NCBI GenBank assembly: GCA_902602185.1
Contig: CACKPV010000002.1
Location: 210,506-274,505, forward strand
Source: an uncultured SAR86 cluster bacterium
GTDB taxonomy: Bacteria > Pseudomonadota > Gammaproteobacteria > Magnimaribacterales > D2472
Length of the DNA stretch: 64,000 nt
Reading direction: 5' to 3'
Positions 1-10,822 of the stretch are shown here, in pieces. Position numbers and translations under genes: made by a program. A model generated the notes under the pieces. The model worked only from the letters and a program-made list of their open reading frames with translations. It was not told the origin of the DNA and ran no database searches. The number at the start of each line of letters is the position of its first letter. The first letter of the stretch is position 1.

Positions 1-503
1 ACAGAATTTATTTCCTTATTAAACCAACCAAACATTTGGGTGCCAGTGTTCCCACATGGTATGGGATAAATATTAAAAGGTTCATAAAGTTCACGCCAAA
101 TTTCTAATCCCCCTCCTCGATGCAACCATGCATTCATTTCTTTTGCTGTTAATCCAAAGGGCACTCCAGCAAAAAATTGTGCTGCTGGGATTTTACCCTT
201 CCAGTAGTATGCTCCACTGTGACCCATCTCCACTGATCCCGAGGAAACTGCATCGAAGACTCCCATTGCTGGAACTAACTCACCTGCACCATAAACAGTG
301 ATCTGTAATCTGCCATTACTCATTTCATTTACTAAATCAGCAAGGCGTTCTGGAGCCATCCCAAGTCCAGGATAGTTTTTGGGCCAGGTTGTTACTAAAC
401 TCCATTTGAAGGTTTGCTGATCAAAAACTTCTACATCAGAATCAAAATCACTGCTGCAACCTGAAAAAAATATAAAAATTAGAAGGTATTGATAAATTTT
501 CAT
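1..503 (-). CDS. TRAP transporter substrate-binding protein (DctP/COG4663-like), N-terminal part; continues past window start
   Basis: Own minus-strand translation from ATG 503: MKIYQYLLIFIFFSGCSS (lipobox) ..WPKNYPGLGMAPERLADLV..VFDAVSSGSVEMGHSGAYYWKGKIPAAQFF..NTGTQMFGWFNKEINS. Read without seeing a stop to position 1; not in the supplied ORF track. ATG overlaps the uvrD stop (ATGA). Confidence 0.7.
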   Translation of the reverse strand, partial: MKIYQYLLIFIFFSGCSSDFDSDVEVFDQQTFKWSLVTTWPKNYPGLGMAPERLADLVNEMSNGRLQITVYGAGELVPAMGVFDAVSSGSVEMGHSGAYYWKGKIPAAQFFAGVPFGLTAKEMNAWLHRGGGLEIWRELYEPFNIYPIPCGNTGTQMFGWFNKEINS

Positions 504-2674
504 GAAACTTTCTTTAATTTAGCATAAGACAGCATTAACCATTTGGTGCCAACTGCCTCAAAGTTAATTTGTATGCTAGCAGATTCTCCTACACCTTCAT
601 AATTCAGAACAATTCCATCTCCAAATGAGGGGTGAGAGACTTTATCTCCCAAAGAAAAGCCTATATCTGAGGCTGTATCATTGAATGAACTGCTTCTTTT
701 TCGAGCATAGGGTGCTGTTGTCTGCGCACGAGGGCGAATTTCATCAATCAACTCTGCTGGAATCTCTTTCAAAAATCTTGATGGCGGATTAAAAATATCT
801 GTGCCGTGCAGTCGCCTTGACTCCGCATAAGTTAAGTAAAGTTTTTGCATGGCTCGAGTAATGCCCACATAGCATAGTCTTCGTTCTTCCTCGAGTTGGG
901 CAGGACTTTCCATAGATCTCCCATGAGGAAATAAACTTTCTTCCATGCCTGTCAAAAAGACTAATTTAAATTCCAGTCCCTTTGCAGAATGCAAGGTCAT
1001 AAGTTGAACTGCATCTTCATGAGCATCTGCTTGTCGATCTCCGGCATCTAGAGAAATATTATCTAAAAACTGTTCTACAATTTCTTGTTTATTATGATCA
1101 GCATCAAAAGATAATTCAAAATCTTTAGCAGCCGAAACTAACTCATCTAAATTTTCTGTTCTCGTCTTTCCTTTTTCGCCAGGTTCCTTTTTATGAAAAT
1201 CATACAACCCAGAATCTGTATTAATGTTTTCGACAATTTCTGAGAGGTTCAAGCTATCTAGTGATTGTGCAGTTTCTAAAATAAAATCTAGATATGCCTT
1301 GATCCCGGTTGCACCTTTACCTTTAACTTGACCTTCATCAATTAACGTAGCTGCAGCTTTGAGATATGACAAATTATCCTCAGTGGATTTTGTTCTAATT
1401 TTTTCAAGGGTTTTTGCACCAACACCACGAGTTGGATTAGAAATTGAGCGCTCGAAAGCAGGGTTATCAGAATTGTTAAAGATCACCCGTAAATAGCTAA
1501 CTGCATTCTTAATTTCCAAGCGATCATAAAAACGTAACCCACCATAAATTCGATACGGAATACTTGCTCGCAAAAAAGCTTCTTCTAGTGCTCGTGATTG
1601 CGCGTTTGAGCGATACAAAATAGCAATATCCTCATAACAGCCACCACCATCCATCCAGTCTTTGGATGACGATGCAATAAATCGAGCTTCCTCTTGTTCG
1701 TTAAAAGCAGCATATAAAGTTAAGTTGTCTCCCTCCAAGGATTCTGTCCATAAATTCTTTCCAAGACGATCACTATTATTTTGAATAACAGTATTTGCAG
1801 CAGAGAGTATTTTATTTGTCGAGCGATAGTTTTGCTCCAGTTTAATAATATGAACATCCTTAAAATCTTTGGAAAAGGCTTTAACATTTTCAACCTTAGC
1901 TCCACGCCAACCATAAATAGATTGATCGTCATCACCAACGGCTGTGACTTTAGCTTTGGGTGCAGTGACGGCCAGCAACCACTTATACTGTATGGTATTA
2001 GTATCTTGGAATTCATCGATTAAAATAGAATCAAAACGTTTAAAAAAATAATCGCGAATTGATGAATTCCTAACAATAATCTCATACGACAATAAGATTA
2101 ATTCAGCAAAATCAACTAAATTGTCATGGGCACATGCTTGCTCATATTTGATATATAAATCTTTTACTGTTTGCGTATAAAAATTCCCTTTATCTTTGAC
2201 ATCCTTTGAGCGTTTACCGTCATCTTTCCAATTATTTATCATCCACTGTGATTGCCGCGGAGGAAATTTTGCATCATTTAAGTTCATTTCTTTAGAAAGT
2301 CTTTTAACGATACGCAACTGATCATCACTATCTAAGATTGTAAAGCTGGGTGCTAAATTAGCTTCTTTATGAAACTTTCTTAGAATGCGATGTGACAAAC
2401 TATGAAAGGTGCCACACCAAATCTCTGGGGATGGGTGTTCGAGTAGTTCTTCAATCCTAGAGCGCATCTCATTTGCAGCTTTATTAGTAAAAGTAACTGC
2501 CATTATTGAACTTGGAGAAAATTGCTGGGCCTCTATCTGCCAAGCAACTTTATGCACTAATACCCGAGTTTTCCCAGACCCAGCACCAGCTAGGACCATA
2601 ATATTTTGCTGCTCTGAAGTGACAGCTTCGCGCTGTTGATCGTTTAGGTTTTCTAAAATATGAGTTACATCCAT
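500..2674 (-). CDS. uvrD: DNA helicase II (UvrD)
   Basis: 724 aa. Walker A GAGSGKTRVL, DEFQDTN, UvrD-like C-terminal tail HPSFGDGIVLNYEG..KWLMLSYAKL. Confidence 0.9.
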   Translation of the reverse strand: MDVTHILENLNDQQREAVTSEQQNIMVLAGAGSGKTRVLVHKVAWQIEAQQFSPSSIMAVTFTNKAANEMRSRIEELLEHPSPEIWCGTFHSLSHRILRKFHKEANLAPSFTILDSDDQLRIVKRLSKEMNLNDAKFPPRQSQWMINNWKDDGKRSKDVKDKGNFYTQTVKDLYIKYEQACAHDNLVDFAELILLSYEIIVRNSSIRDYFFKRFDSILIDEFQDTNTIQYKWLLAVTAPKAKVTAVGDDDQSIYGWRGAKVENVKAFSKDFKDVHIIKLEQNYRSTNKILSAANTVIQNNSDRLGKNLWTESLEGDNLTLYAAFNEQEEARFIASSSKDWMDGGGCYEDIAILYRSNAQSRALEEAFLRASIPYRIYGGLRFYDRLEIKNAVSYLRVIFNNSDNPAFERSISNPTRGVGAKTLEKIRTKSTEDNLSYLKAAATLIDEGQVKGKGATGIKAYLDFILETAQSLDSLNLSEIVENINTDSGLYDFHKKEPGEKGKTRTENLDELVSAAKDFELSFDADHNKQEIVEQFLDNISLDAGDRQADAHEDAVQLMTLHSAKGLEFKLVFLTGMEESLFPHGRSMESPAQLEEERRLCYVGITRAMQKLYLTYAESRRLHGTDIFNPPSRFLKEIPAELIDEIRPRAQTTAPYARKRSSSFNDTASDIGFSLGDKVSHPSFGDGIVLNYEGVGESASIQINFEAVGTKWLMLSYAKLKKVS

Positions 2675-2744
2675 ACGAATGTTCAGTATATATTGAAAGT
2701 AAATATATGGGTGTTAATATTGATTGAAACGGAGAAAAATTATT

Positions 2745-3161
2745 ATGAGCAAAGAAACCAAAGATTTTTTTAAGACCTATACAGATTTTGTTACCAAAGT
2801 GACAAGTGATCCTAGTTTAGATATAGAGGCCCTAGTTAATCGAATTAGTGAAATAGATTCCAGCTCAAGCATCAAGTCTCCACGTCTACTCACTGCAGCT
2901 TTAGGATTGGGTAGTGAAACCGGTGAGTTCGTTGAAATTGTAAAAAAGATGTACTTACAAGGTAAACCTCCTTCAGAGGACAATATTTTTCATATGAAAA
3001 GAGAGTTAGGAGACATTATGTGGTACTGGGTGACTGCCTGTGCAGCCCTGGATCTTGATCCCTATGAGGTGGTAATGGAGAACCAGAAAAAACTAGAGGC
3101 AAGATATGGAGAACAATTTGAAGTGGGTCGAAGTGAAGTGCGGAAAGAAGGCGATCTTTAA
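2745..3161 (+). CDS. MazG-like nucleotide pyrophosphohydrolase
   Basis: EXXE-type motifs (SETGEFVEIVKK, ELGDIMWYW). ATG at 2745 has GGAG about 10 nt upstream; the track ORF begins at TTG 2724. Confidence 0.65.
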   Translation: MSKETKDFFKTYTDFVTKVTSDPSLDIEALVNRISEIDSSSSIKSPRLLTAALGLGSETGEFVEIVKKMYLQGKPPSEDNIFHMKRELGDIMWYWVTACAALDLDPYEVVMENQKKLEARYGEQFEVGRSEVRKEGDL

Positions 3162-3163
3162 AT

Positions 3164-4507
3164 CTAAGATTGTTCGATTGCTTGTGTTACCAAATCAAAA
3201 AATCTCGATGCATTAAATGAGGTGTTGATTGGAGCTCCGGAAGCTTGAGGTAAGGTTAAAATCCAATTGGAGCCATTTATATTATTAGGTTCAATGCGCA
3301 TCTTTCTTTCATTAGAAAGGTTTAAAATTGGAGCATAAAGACTGTTTCTGACAACAACAATATCTCTGTTGAAATCTATCATGATATATTGACCATCGAA
3401 GCCAATGGTCGAATGAATAAAAACATTATTGGGGCAATTCCCATTTTGATCGAGAGGTTTGGCACAAATTTTCCAGAACTGCAAACCGTAATAATCAAGG
3501 TTCCTTATTTGGTTGACATATGAACTGTAACTCACATTACCATCTTCCCAAACACCTCCTAGAAGAAGCATATACCCAAATTTTGCAAAATCTCTTGCGG
3601 TAGTATCAAGACAGCAGTATGCAAGTACATTACCATTGGATTGACCAAATTCTACAAAATCTTTCCACCAGGCAGCATTGATGTAAATTTTTGAAAAAAG
3701 TTTTTGCTCGGCGTAAGTTTGTATATCTTGACCAGTTGCTCTATAAATAATCTCTCCTAACACCATGGTGTCACAGTTTGAATACAGAAAATCTCCTCGG
3801 TTATAAATGTCTGTATCTGAAAACCATGGTTGCAATACTCCTGATTCAGCCAGACTCCGATTAATGCATCCATCTAACTGATTGTCAGCAAATACAATGT
3901 CACCCCCGGAAACCGAGTCTGTCCGATTTTTACATTCATGCAAGTTTTGAAGAGTAAAATCAAAACACATTGGTACTAATCCCGACCTCATATCAAGTAG
4001 ATTTTTAATAGTAATATCTGCTCTTTCATCGTTTGCCCACTCTGTGATATACATTGCTGCCGAATCATCAATGGATGAAATAAAGCCGTCCAATTCAGCA
4101 ATGCCAATTAAGAAACTCGTAAATGACTTGGCGCTTGACCAGGAAGAAGTGGGATCTCTTGAATCTCTTTCAGCAAATAAATTCTGAAGTGTGTTGTTAT
4201 CTAGGGTGGATGTATTCACAATGGCATTGACCTCGCCCGGTAAAATTCCTCTATATCTTTCATAAATTAATTTTCCGTCTTTGATAACAACAGCTGACTG
4301 AGTAAAAGTTCCCTCTGCAAACGCATAATCAAATGCAGCATCTAATTTCGTTTCACTCATGTTAACCGATGCTGGAGATGCCGTATCCCAAGCTATTGGG
4401 TGTTCTGGACTGTTTGGAGACTGAATCACCATCATAGTTGCATCTGACCCTCCACTGCATGAAACAAGAAATATCAAAATGAAAGAAGTGAGAATACGAT
4501 CCGTCAT
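3164..4507 (-). CDS. Serine hydrolase, beta-lactamase/class C family, lipoprotein
   Basis: 447 aa. Lipobox LVSCSG, S-x-x-K motif (SSAKSF). Confidence 0.65.
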   Translation of the reverse strand: MTDRILTSFILIFLVSCSGGSDATMMVIQSPNSPEHPIAWDTASPASVNMSETKLDAAFDYAFAEGTFTQSAVVIKDGKLIYERYRGILPGEVNAIVNTSTLDNNTLQNLFAERDSRDPTSSWSSAKSFTSFLIGIAELDGFISSIDDSAAMYITEWANDERADITIKNLLDMRSGLVPMCFDFTLQNLHECKNRTDSVSGGDIVFADNQLDGCINRSLAESGVLQPWFSDTDIYNRGDFLYSNCDTMVLGEIIYRATGQDIQTYAEQKLFSKIYINAAWWKDFVEFGQSNGNVLAYCCLDTTARDFAKFGYMLLLGGVWEDGNVSYSSYVNQIRNLDYYGLQFWKICAKPLDQNGNCPNNVFIHSTIGFDGQYIMIDFNRDIVVVRNSLYAPILNLSNERKMRIEPNNINGSNWILTLPQASGAPINTSFNASRFFDLVTQAIEQS

Positions 4508-4508
4508 A

Positions 4509-5375
4509 TTAGCTTCGATCCAAGCGCCTTAATAAACATGAAGTATCAAGACTGCCTGCTCCCATTTCTTGGAGCTCATTGTAATAAGTCTTTATCGTTT
4601 CTGTTAAAGAGATGTCTGCACCTATTCTTTTTGAAAACTCTGAAATAATCTCAAGGTCTTTAACCATCAAATCCACGGCAAAACCAAAATCGTACTCATT
4701 ATTAACCATAGACTCCCATCTATTTTCCATTTGCCATGACTGAGCTGCTCCCTTGGAAATCACCTCCAAAACTTCTTTTGGTGGGACTCCAGATTTTTTT
4801 GCAAAATTCACAGCCTCTGCTAAAGCCTGGATTAATCCTGCAATACAAATCTGATTGATCATCTTAGTAAGTTGACCGTTTCCAGAGACTCCCATGTATT
4901 TATGAAAGTTTGAGTAACAATCCAAGATAGGTGTAATTTTCTTATAGCTATTCTTCTCACCCCCAACCATAATAGAAAGTGTTGCCTGCTGAGCACCTGC
5001 CTCTCCTCCAGAAACGGGGGCATCCAAATAAAAACATTTATGGTCTTGCAGCTGCTCTTTCATATTCAGAGTAAGATCTTTTGAGGTTGTCGAGTGATCC
5101 ACAATAATGGAGCCAGGTTTCACATTTTCGAGAATCCCACCGTTGCCACAAATAATCTCATGCACATCATAGTCACGACTCAAGCATAAGAAAATTATCT
5201 CAGACCTCTGGGAGAGATCGGCAACACTTTGACAAACTGTACCTTTATATTGGTGCATCCACTTTTGAGATTTTGTTTTCGTTCGGTTGAAAACAAAGGT
5301 AGTAAATGATTTAGAAATATGTCCAGCCATGGGATACCCCATAGTGCCCAATCCGATAAAACCTACTTTACTCAT
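4509..5375 (-). CDS. NAD(P)-dependent oxidoreductase, 3-hydroxyisobutyrate dehydrogenase family
   Basis: N-terminal Rossmann motif GFIGLGTMGYPMAGH; 288 aa. Confidence 0.8.
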   Translation of the reverse strand: MSKVGFIGLGTMGYPMAGHISKSFTTFVFNRTKTKSQKWMHQYKGTVCQSVADLSQRSEIIFLCLSRDYDVHEIICGNGGILENVKPGSIIVDHSTTSKDLTLNMKEQLQDHKCFYLDAPVSGGEAGAQQATLSIMVGGEKNSYKKITPILDCYSNFHKYMGVSGNGQLTKMINQICIAGLIQALAEAVNFAKKSGVPPKEVLEVISKGAAQSWQMENRWESMVNNEYDFGFAVDLMVKDLEIISEFSKRIGADISLTETIKTYYNELQEMGAGSLDTSCLLRRLDRS

Positions 5376-6022
5376 TTAATTTTTTGTTGCAGACCGTTTT
5401 CTTTTAATAACTTCACAACGTCATCAAAACGATCTTGTCCGAAAAAAAATTTCTCCTCGAAAACTGTAAGTGGCACTCCGTGATGGCCTGCGTTTAATTG
5501 ATCAACCTGATTTTGTTCAATTTGTTTGATAATTTCAGTTTCCTGCTCTTTGGTGCTAGCTCTCAATGAGTGGAGATCCAAAGCAACATTTTCAGCTGCT
5601 TTAGAAAGATGATCATCATGATTCCAATTTTTTGTGCCTCCAAAAATAAGACTAGATACCTCATAAGCAAACTCTATACCCACACCCTTGATATGAGCCA
5701 TTTGTCCAAGATGACAAATATCAAAAATATAGGGCTGCTGTTTTGAAATTGTACCTGTCATCAAGTTCTGTTTAATAGGATCAGGTTTTAATTTGGTTGT
5801 GAAAGGCATGCCTAACTTTTTTGCATTCCTTCTTACATCAGCTGATAATGCGATAAAGTAAGGTAGTCCTTTATTCTTAAAAAATTCTGGCATTCGAATT
5901 GCTAAGGGGTACACGATCTTAAAATTGATTTTTATATCGTATTCACTCTTTAATTTGAGAATCCTTGGAAGAATCAAATAAGAGTAAGGGCTTCTGAAAG
6001 AAAAATATAGATCAATCTTCAT
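5372..6022 (-). CDS. DsbA-like thioredoxin-fold protein (2-hydroxychromene-2-carboxylate isomerase family)
   Basis: 216 aa. Family-typical N-terminus YFSFRSPYSYL; 4-nt overlap with the downstream gene. Confidence 0.6.
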   Translation of the reverse strand: MKIDLYFSFRSPYSYLILPRILKLKSEYDIKINFKIVYPLAIRMPEFFKNKGLPYFIALSADVRRNAKKLGMPFTTKLKPDPIKQNLMTGTISKQQPYIFDICHLGQMAHIKGVGIEFAYEVSSLIFGGTKNWNHDDHLSKAAENVALDLHSLRASTKEQETEIIKQIEQNQVDQLNAGHHGVPLTVFEEKFFFGQDRFDDVVKLLKENGLQQKIK

Positions 6023-6027
6023 AATCT

Positions 6028-7002
6028 TTACAATTTTGCTTTAGATATAAACTTAGAAGTTGCATCACGAAACTCTTCCGATAACCTTGTCACAAGAGCA
6101 TCTACTGTGGGTGCATCTTCTATAAGCCCTATTCCTTGACCTGAGCCCCAAATGTCTTTCCAAGCTTTGGCATCCGTATTACCACCAGAACCAAAATTCA
6201 TGGTCGATTTATCTGCTGTTGGTAAGTTATTTGGGTCGAGACCAGCTTGCTCAATAGAAGGCTTGAGGTAATTACCTAAAACTCCAGTAAATAAGCTAGA
6301 ATAAACAATATCATCAGCAGCACTTTCAATGAGCATTTGTTTATAATTTTGATCGGCATTAGCTTCTTGTGTAGCGATAAACCTTGTCCCTAAGTAAGCA
6401 AAGTCTGCTCCAAGAGCAAGTGCACTAGCTACAGAATAGCCGTCTCCAATAGAACCAGACAAAATAATGGTTCCATCAAACCATTCTTGAACTTCTCGCA
6501 GCAATGCAAATGGAGACAGAGCACCAGCATGACCACCAGCACCAGCACATACTAAAATTAAACCATCGACTCCCATACTTGCTGCTTTTTTAGCATGTCT
6601 TACATTAATAACATCATGAAAAACCAAACCACCATAGCTATGAGCTGCATCGACTACTTCAGCAGGGGGTCGAAGAGAAGTAATAATGATTGGAACCTCA
6701 TGTTTGACACAGATTTCCATATCTCCCTGGAGTCGATCATTGGAGCCATGACATATTTGATTTACAGCAAATGGGGCTACTTTCTTATCAGGATTTGCTG
6801 CTTGATATTCAGCCAATTCACTTTTGATTTGAATAATCCACTCCTCGAGAACCTCTTGAGGTCTGGCATTTAGTGCTGGAAACGAGCCAATAATTCCTGC
6901 TTTACATTGAGCAATCACAAGCTCAGGTACTGAAATTAAAAAAAGTGGTGCTCCAATAACTGGTAGAGCAATGTTTTTACTTATGTGTTCTGGAATTGGC
7001 AT
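6028..7002 (-). CDS. Nitronate monooxygenase (NMO/2-nitropropane dioxygenase family)
   Basis: 324 aa. PVIGAPL.., GVDGLILVCAGAGGHAG, FAYLGTRFIAT motifs. Confidence 0.8.
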   Translation of the reverse strand: MPIPEHISKNIALPVIGAPLFLISVPELVIAQCKAGIIGSFPALNARPQEVLEEWIIQIKSELAEYQAANPDKKVAPFAVNQICHGSNDRLQGDMEICVKHEVPIIITSLRPPAEVVDAAHSYGGLVFHDVINVRHAKKAASMGVDGLILVCAGAGGHAGALSPFALLREVQEWFDGTIILSGSIGDGYSVASALALGADFAYLGTRFIATQEANADQNYKQMLIESAADDIVYSSLFTGVLGNYLKPSIEQAGLDPNNLPTADKSTMNFGSGGNTDAKAWKDIWGSGQGIGLIEDAPTVDALVTRLSEEFRDATSKFISKAKL

Positions 7003-7056
7003 AAAATTCTCCTACAATTGATCCAAACAGTTTAATATAACAATTACTGATTTATT

Positions 7057-7677
7057 ATGAAAAATTTAAAATTTTTAACCTTGCTTGCATTGATATCTTG
7101 CTCAACTGATCCCGAAGATCAATTTTGCAAAAATTATAATTCGAATGAAGAAGAGTTTGCTCCTATCCAAATAGTAGAAAACTTTGCTTTTTCAGTAAAT
7201 TTTCCTGAAAGCATTACGGTTTACACCAGTAGAGTTGAATTTGATGGAGTTGAGGGTGCAGAAGCACAACACGAAGGCATTGACTATATCAATAATGATC
7301 GTGATGCAACTGATGTACCAATTTATACTATTGGATCAGGCACTGTAGTGTATGCACGGACTGGCTGTGTCTCAAGTAGTCAGTTTGCTAGCAATACCTT
7401 GCAAAGGGAGTGCGGTGCTGGATGGGGAAACCACCTAGTAATCCAACACTCAAGAAGTGTATTTTCACGCTATGCTCACTTACGTACCGATGGAGTTTTA
7501 AAAGCTGTTGGTGAGCAAGTAGAAAAAAATGAGATTATTGGCATCATGGGAAATTCAGGCAGAAGTGATATGAGACACTTACATTTGGAAATAGGAAAAT
7601 CTGTCACACCGTTTCGTTCATGTGCTTCGTCTCAATCTTTTGAAAGTGTAACCGATCCGAGAAGATTTGGTTTGTAG
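7057..7677 (+). CDS. M23 family metallopeptidase, lipoprotein
   Basis: Lipobox LISCST; HEGIDY and GNSGRS..HLHLEI (HxxxD / HxH) motifs. Confidence 0.75.
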   Translation: MKNLKFLTLLALISCSTDPEDQFCKNYNSNEEEFAPIQIVENFAFSVNFPESITVYTSRVEFDGVEGAEAQHEGIDYINNDRDATDVPIYTIGSGTVVYARTGCVSSSQFASNTLQRECGAGWGNHLVIQHSRSVFSRYAHLRTDGVLKAVGEQVEKNEIIGIMGNSGRSDMRHLHLEIGKSVTPFRSCASSQSFESVTDPRRFGL

Positions 7678-7678
7678 C

Positions 7679-8971
7679 TCAGTGATCCTCTGCATAATCT
7701 AACGCAAGATAGATCATAGCTTTTAAACCCTCGTCTAAAGCATTATCGTCGACAGTAAAAAATGGAGAGTGATTATCTGCTTGCTTTTCAACTCCTGGCT
7801 TATTCACTCCCAATCGAAAGTAGATGCCGGGTACTTGCTGAGAAAAGTATGAGAAATCCTCTGCTCCCGTTCTCGGGTTTTTCGCAATCAAAAAATTATT
7901 TCCAGAAGCCGCTTTTAATGAACGAGAATACTCATCCACCAAAGCTTCATTATTGAAAGTGACCGGATAGAATCCACCAACATCAAATTCAACTTCAACG
8001 TTAGCTCCGGTTCCTTCAGCTATACCCCTTCCAATTTGTCGGATTTCGTCATAGATTTCTGCTCGCAGTAAAGGATCAAAAGTTCTAATAGTCCCCATAA
8101 TCTCTGACTTATCTGGAATTATATTGTTGCGAGTTCCAGCCTTTACCGTGCCAACTGAAATAACAGCAGGGTTATTAATGATGTTAATTCTCCTGCTTAC
8201 CACCGTATTGAGTGCCTCAATTAGCTGTGCCGTTGCCATTATCGGATCAATACTCAACCATGGTCTTGAACCATGTGCTTGTTGGCCTTCAATCGTTATG
8301 CGATAGGCAGAAGCTGCGGCCATTGCTGGGCCTCTGGATACCTGGATTTGACCATGTTCAAAGTTACCCACATGTAAACCGAAAATAACATCTGGCTGAT
8401 ACCGATCAAATATTCCTTCCTCTAACATCATTTTAGCCCCACCATTTTCACCTTCCGGTGGTCCTTCCTCAGCAGGTTGAAAAATTAACATAACTTTGCC
8501 TTTCATATGTTTTTTGTTTCTTGCAAGGAATTCAGCAACTCCCATCAGAATAGCTACATGTGCATCATGACCACAAGCATGCATCACTCCAACATCTTGT
8601 CCTAAGTACTTAGCTCGCTGTTTGGATGCATAAGGCAATCCCGTTTGTTCAGTTACTGGAAGTGCATCCATATCTGCTCGAAGAGCAACTGTTGGTCCAG
8701 GTTGAGCACCTTCTATAATGCCCACTACTCCTGTATATGCAATGTTGGTTTCAATGGGGATATCCAGGGAACGCAAATGTTCAGCTACCTTTTTTGCTGT
8801 TTTATATTCTCGATTACTGAGTTCTGGATATTGGTGAATATTATGTCTCCAAGCAATTACCTTGGGCATTAATGCATCTAGATCTTTTTCGAGAGTGACT
8901 TTTAAATCTTTACCGATAAGAAATGGTGAGCTAAAAAAAATAATAAGTGCTAAAAATCTTGGTGTCATCAT
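7679..8971 (-). CDS. M20 family amidohydrolase (hippurate hydrolase / N-acyl-amino acid amidohydrolase-like), secreted
   Basis: 430 aa. Signal peptide; HACGHDAH and PAEEG motifs. Confidence 0.85.
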   Translation of the reverse strand: MMTPRFLALIIFFSSPFLIGKDLKVTLEKDLDALMPKVIAWRHNIHQYPELSNREYKTAKKVAEHLRSLDIPIETNIAYTGVVGIIEGAQPGPTVALRADMDALPVTEQTGLPYASKQRAKYLGQDVGVMHACGHDAHVAILMGVAEFLARNKKHMKGKVMLIFQPAEEGPPEGENGGAKMMLEEGIFDRYQPDVIFGLHVGNFEHGQIQVSRGPAMAAASAYRITIEGQQAHGSRPWLSIDPIMATAQLIEALNTVVSRRINIINNPAVISVGTVKAGTRNNIIPDKSEIMGTIRTFDPLLRAEIYDEIRQIGRGIAEGTGANVEVEFDVGGFYPVTFNNEALVDEYSRSLKAASGNNFLIAKNPRTGAEDFSYFSQQVPGIYFRLGVNKPGVEKQADNHSPFFTVDDNALDEGLKAMIYLALDYAEDH

Positions 8972-8998
8972 ACGTTTTTCAGTTTACAAAAAAGGGAG

Positions 8999-9715
8999 CT
9001 AAAAGTCATTTTCTTCCTGATTTCCTTGTATATAATCTGCTGTCCAGCTTAGCGCCCATAAATGCCCTAATCGTCTTCCTCGATAAGTACGTGGAAGATC
9101 AATGACTTGCATTCCAGCAAAGATTGGAATCACTTGCGGATCATATGGATAACTATTAAAAGCATTATCAAGGTCTTTTTGGGTGCGCCACTGTGTGAAA
9201 GACACTTGTGCACTTACTTTGGTTGGAACAGAATATTCACAATATTTAAAAAATTCTTCTGCATTTAAGGGTGCTGCTATGGCATGGATAGAAATATTTT
9301 GTAGATTCCATGAATCAACAAGTTGTGAGACTAATACTCCTCCCAAACTATGCCCAACTAGAACAATGGGCTTTCTGGTTTTTGACAACAATGCTTTTAA
9401 TTCTGAGCTTAAAATTTCTGCTCCTTCACTGGGACATTTGGTGGTATCCCAACGAAAAAAATAGGTTTGCACATCTTGATTATCGAGAGTTTGTAAGGGA
9501 TAAATCCACTCAAAGCCTCTACTATCACCTCCGTGGACTCCAACAAGTATGGTCTTTCCTGAACTTCCTTCCTCCAAATTATGAAGGCCAACATCAAGTT
9601 CCATCAGACTTGCTCCAGATTCTAAATAATTTTCATCTGGGTCAAGTTCATACAAATCAAGAGATAGCAACTCGAAGGAAAGCATGAGGAAAACAGCATG
9701 GAACAAATTTTTCAT
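8999..9715 (-). CDS. Alpha/beta hydrolase (lipase-like), secreted
   Basis: Signal peptide; nucleophile elbow GHSLGG. Confidence 0.55.
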   Translation of the reverse strand: MKNLFHAVFLMLSFELLSLDLYELDPDENYLESGASLMELDVGLHNLEEGSSGKTILVGVHGGDSRGFEWIYPLQTLDNQDVQTYFFRWDTTKCPSEGAEILSSELKALLSKTRKPIVLVGHSLGGVLVSQLVDSWNLQNISIHAIAAPLNAEEFFKYCEYSVPTKVSAQVSFTQWRTQKDLDNAFNSYPYDPQVIPIFAGMQVIDLPRTYRGRRLGHLWALSWTADYIQGNQEENDF

Positions 9716-9768
9716 GTATCAGTGTGGTTAGTTATGATATTGTAATATTTTAATTTAAGAGGTAAAAA

Positions 9769-10347
9769 ATGTTTAAAAATTTTTATTTTGTATTCTTGCT
9801 TGCTCCCATATTTGTGTCAGCAGAAAATTCTGCTGAATGGGAAATAAAAGCTTACACATCTGCTGCTCCAGCATTTATTGGTGACCATGCCACTGTTATA
9901 AGTGCTTCAGGTGAAACCTTAAGGGAGGGGAGTAATGGATGGACTTGTCGACCCTTAGTGCCAATGCCAGAAGGTGGTTATGCAGATGCACATGCCTCAG
10001 CTGCCGCATGTTCTGATGCCAATGCTGTAGCATGGGTTGAAGCCTATATTGCCAATAAAACTCCTGTTCTTGAAAGTGATGGTTGGATTTGGATGAAGCA
10101 TGGTGACTTGGGCGTTGATAACTTCAAGCCTTATACAGATGGTGAAAAGGATGCTGGACATAAGCACTATATAGAATCAGGTGCACATATGATGTTGATG
10201 CCTAAAGACCCCTCGTCCTTAGACGGTCAAACTACGGACTATACTTCAGGTGCTCCCTATGTCATGTTTAAAGGAACAAAATTTGTTCATTTAATGATTC
10301 CTTTAGACGGCTACTATGATTATCAACCAGATGCAGCCCCACAATAA
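9769..10347 (+). CDS. Hypothetical secreted protein
   Basis: 192-aa ORF with signal peptide (FVSAENS). AGAGG about 8 nt upstream of the ATG. Confidence 0.5.
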   Translation: MFKNFYFVFLLAPIFVSAENSAEWEIKAYTSAAPAFIGDHATVISASGETLREGSNGWTCRPLVPMPEGGYADAHASAAACSDANAVAWVEAYIANKTPVLESDGWIWMKHGDLGVDNFKPYTDGEKDAGHKHYIESGAHMMLMPKDPSSLDGQTTDYTSGAPYVMFKGTKFVHLMIPLDGYYDYQPDAAPQ

Positions 10348-10365
10348 AAGAAAAGGAGAATATAA

Positions 10366-10803
10366 ATGAAAAAAAATATAGTCTTTGCCTTTTCTTTGTT
10401 ATTACTATCATCGGCATTATATGCAGGGCATCACGAAAAAAATCCCATCATATTTTATCTAGATCTAGATATTGCTGAAGGAAAAGCTGAGGGAGTTGAA
10501 GAATTCATCGATTACTTAGTTACAACAGTGGAAAAGACTGAGCCCAAAACTATGTATTACAAGTATTGGATTTCTGCTGATCAGAAAAAAGTGTCTTTAA
10601 TGGAAGTTTATCATTCAAATGAAGATGCAATTTTTCATATGAATGCCTTTGCAAATGCAACTCATAGAGATAAATTTTTAGAGACTTTCGTAGTTACAAA
10701 TTTTCAGGTTATGGGAAATACTAATGATGCTTTGAAAGCTGCTATGGCCGCTTACACTTCAGATCATAGAACTTTAGTAAAGGGCTTCCAGAGAAAAAAA
10801 TAA
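10366..10803 (+). CDS. Secreted ABM-like (antibiotic biosynthesis monooxygenase fold) protein, tentative
   Basis: Signal peptide. Pattern YYKYWIS..VSLMEVYHSNEDAIFHMN resembles ABM domains. GGAGAA upstream of the ATG. Confidence 0.4.
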   Translation: MKKNIVFAFSLLLLSSALYAGHHEKNPIIFYLDLDIAEGKAEGVEEFIDYLVTTVEKTEPKTMYYKYWISADQKKVSLMEVYHSNEDAIFHMNAFANATHRDKFLETFVVTNFQVMGNTNDALKAAMAAYTSDHRTLVKGFQRKK

Positions 10804-10822
10804 TTTTCGTGATGGTACTCTG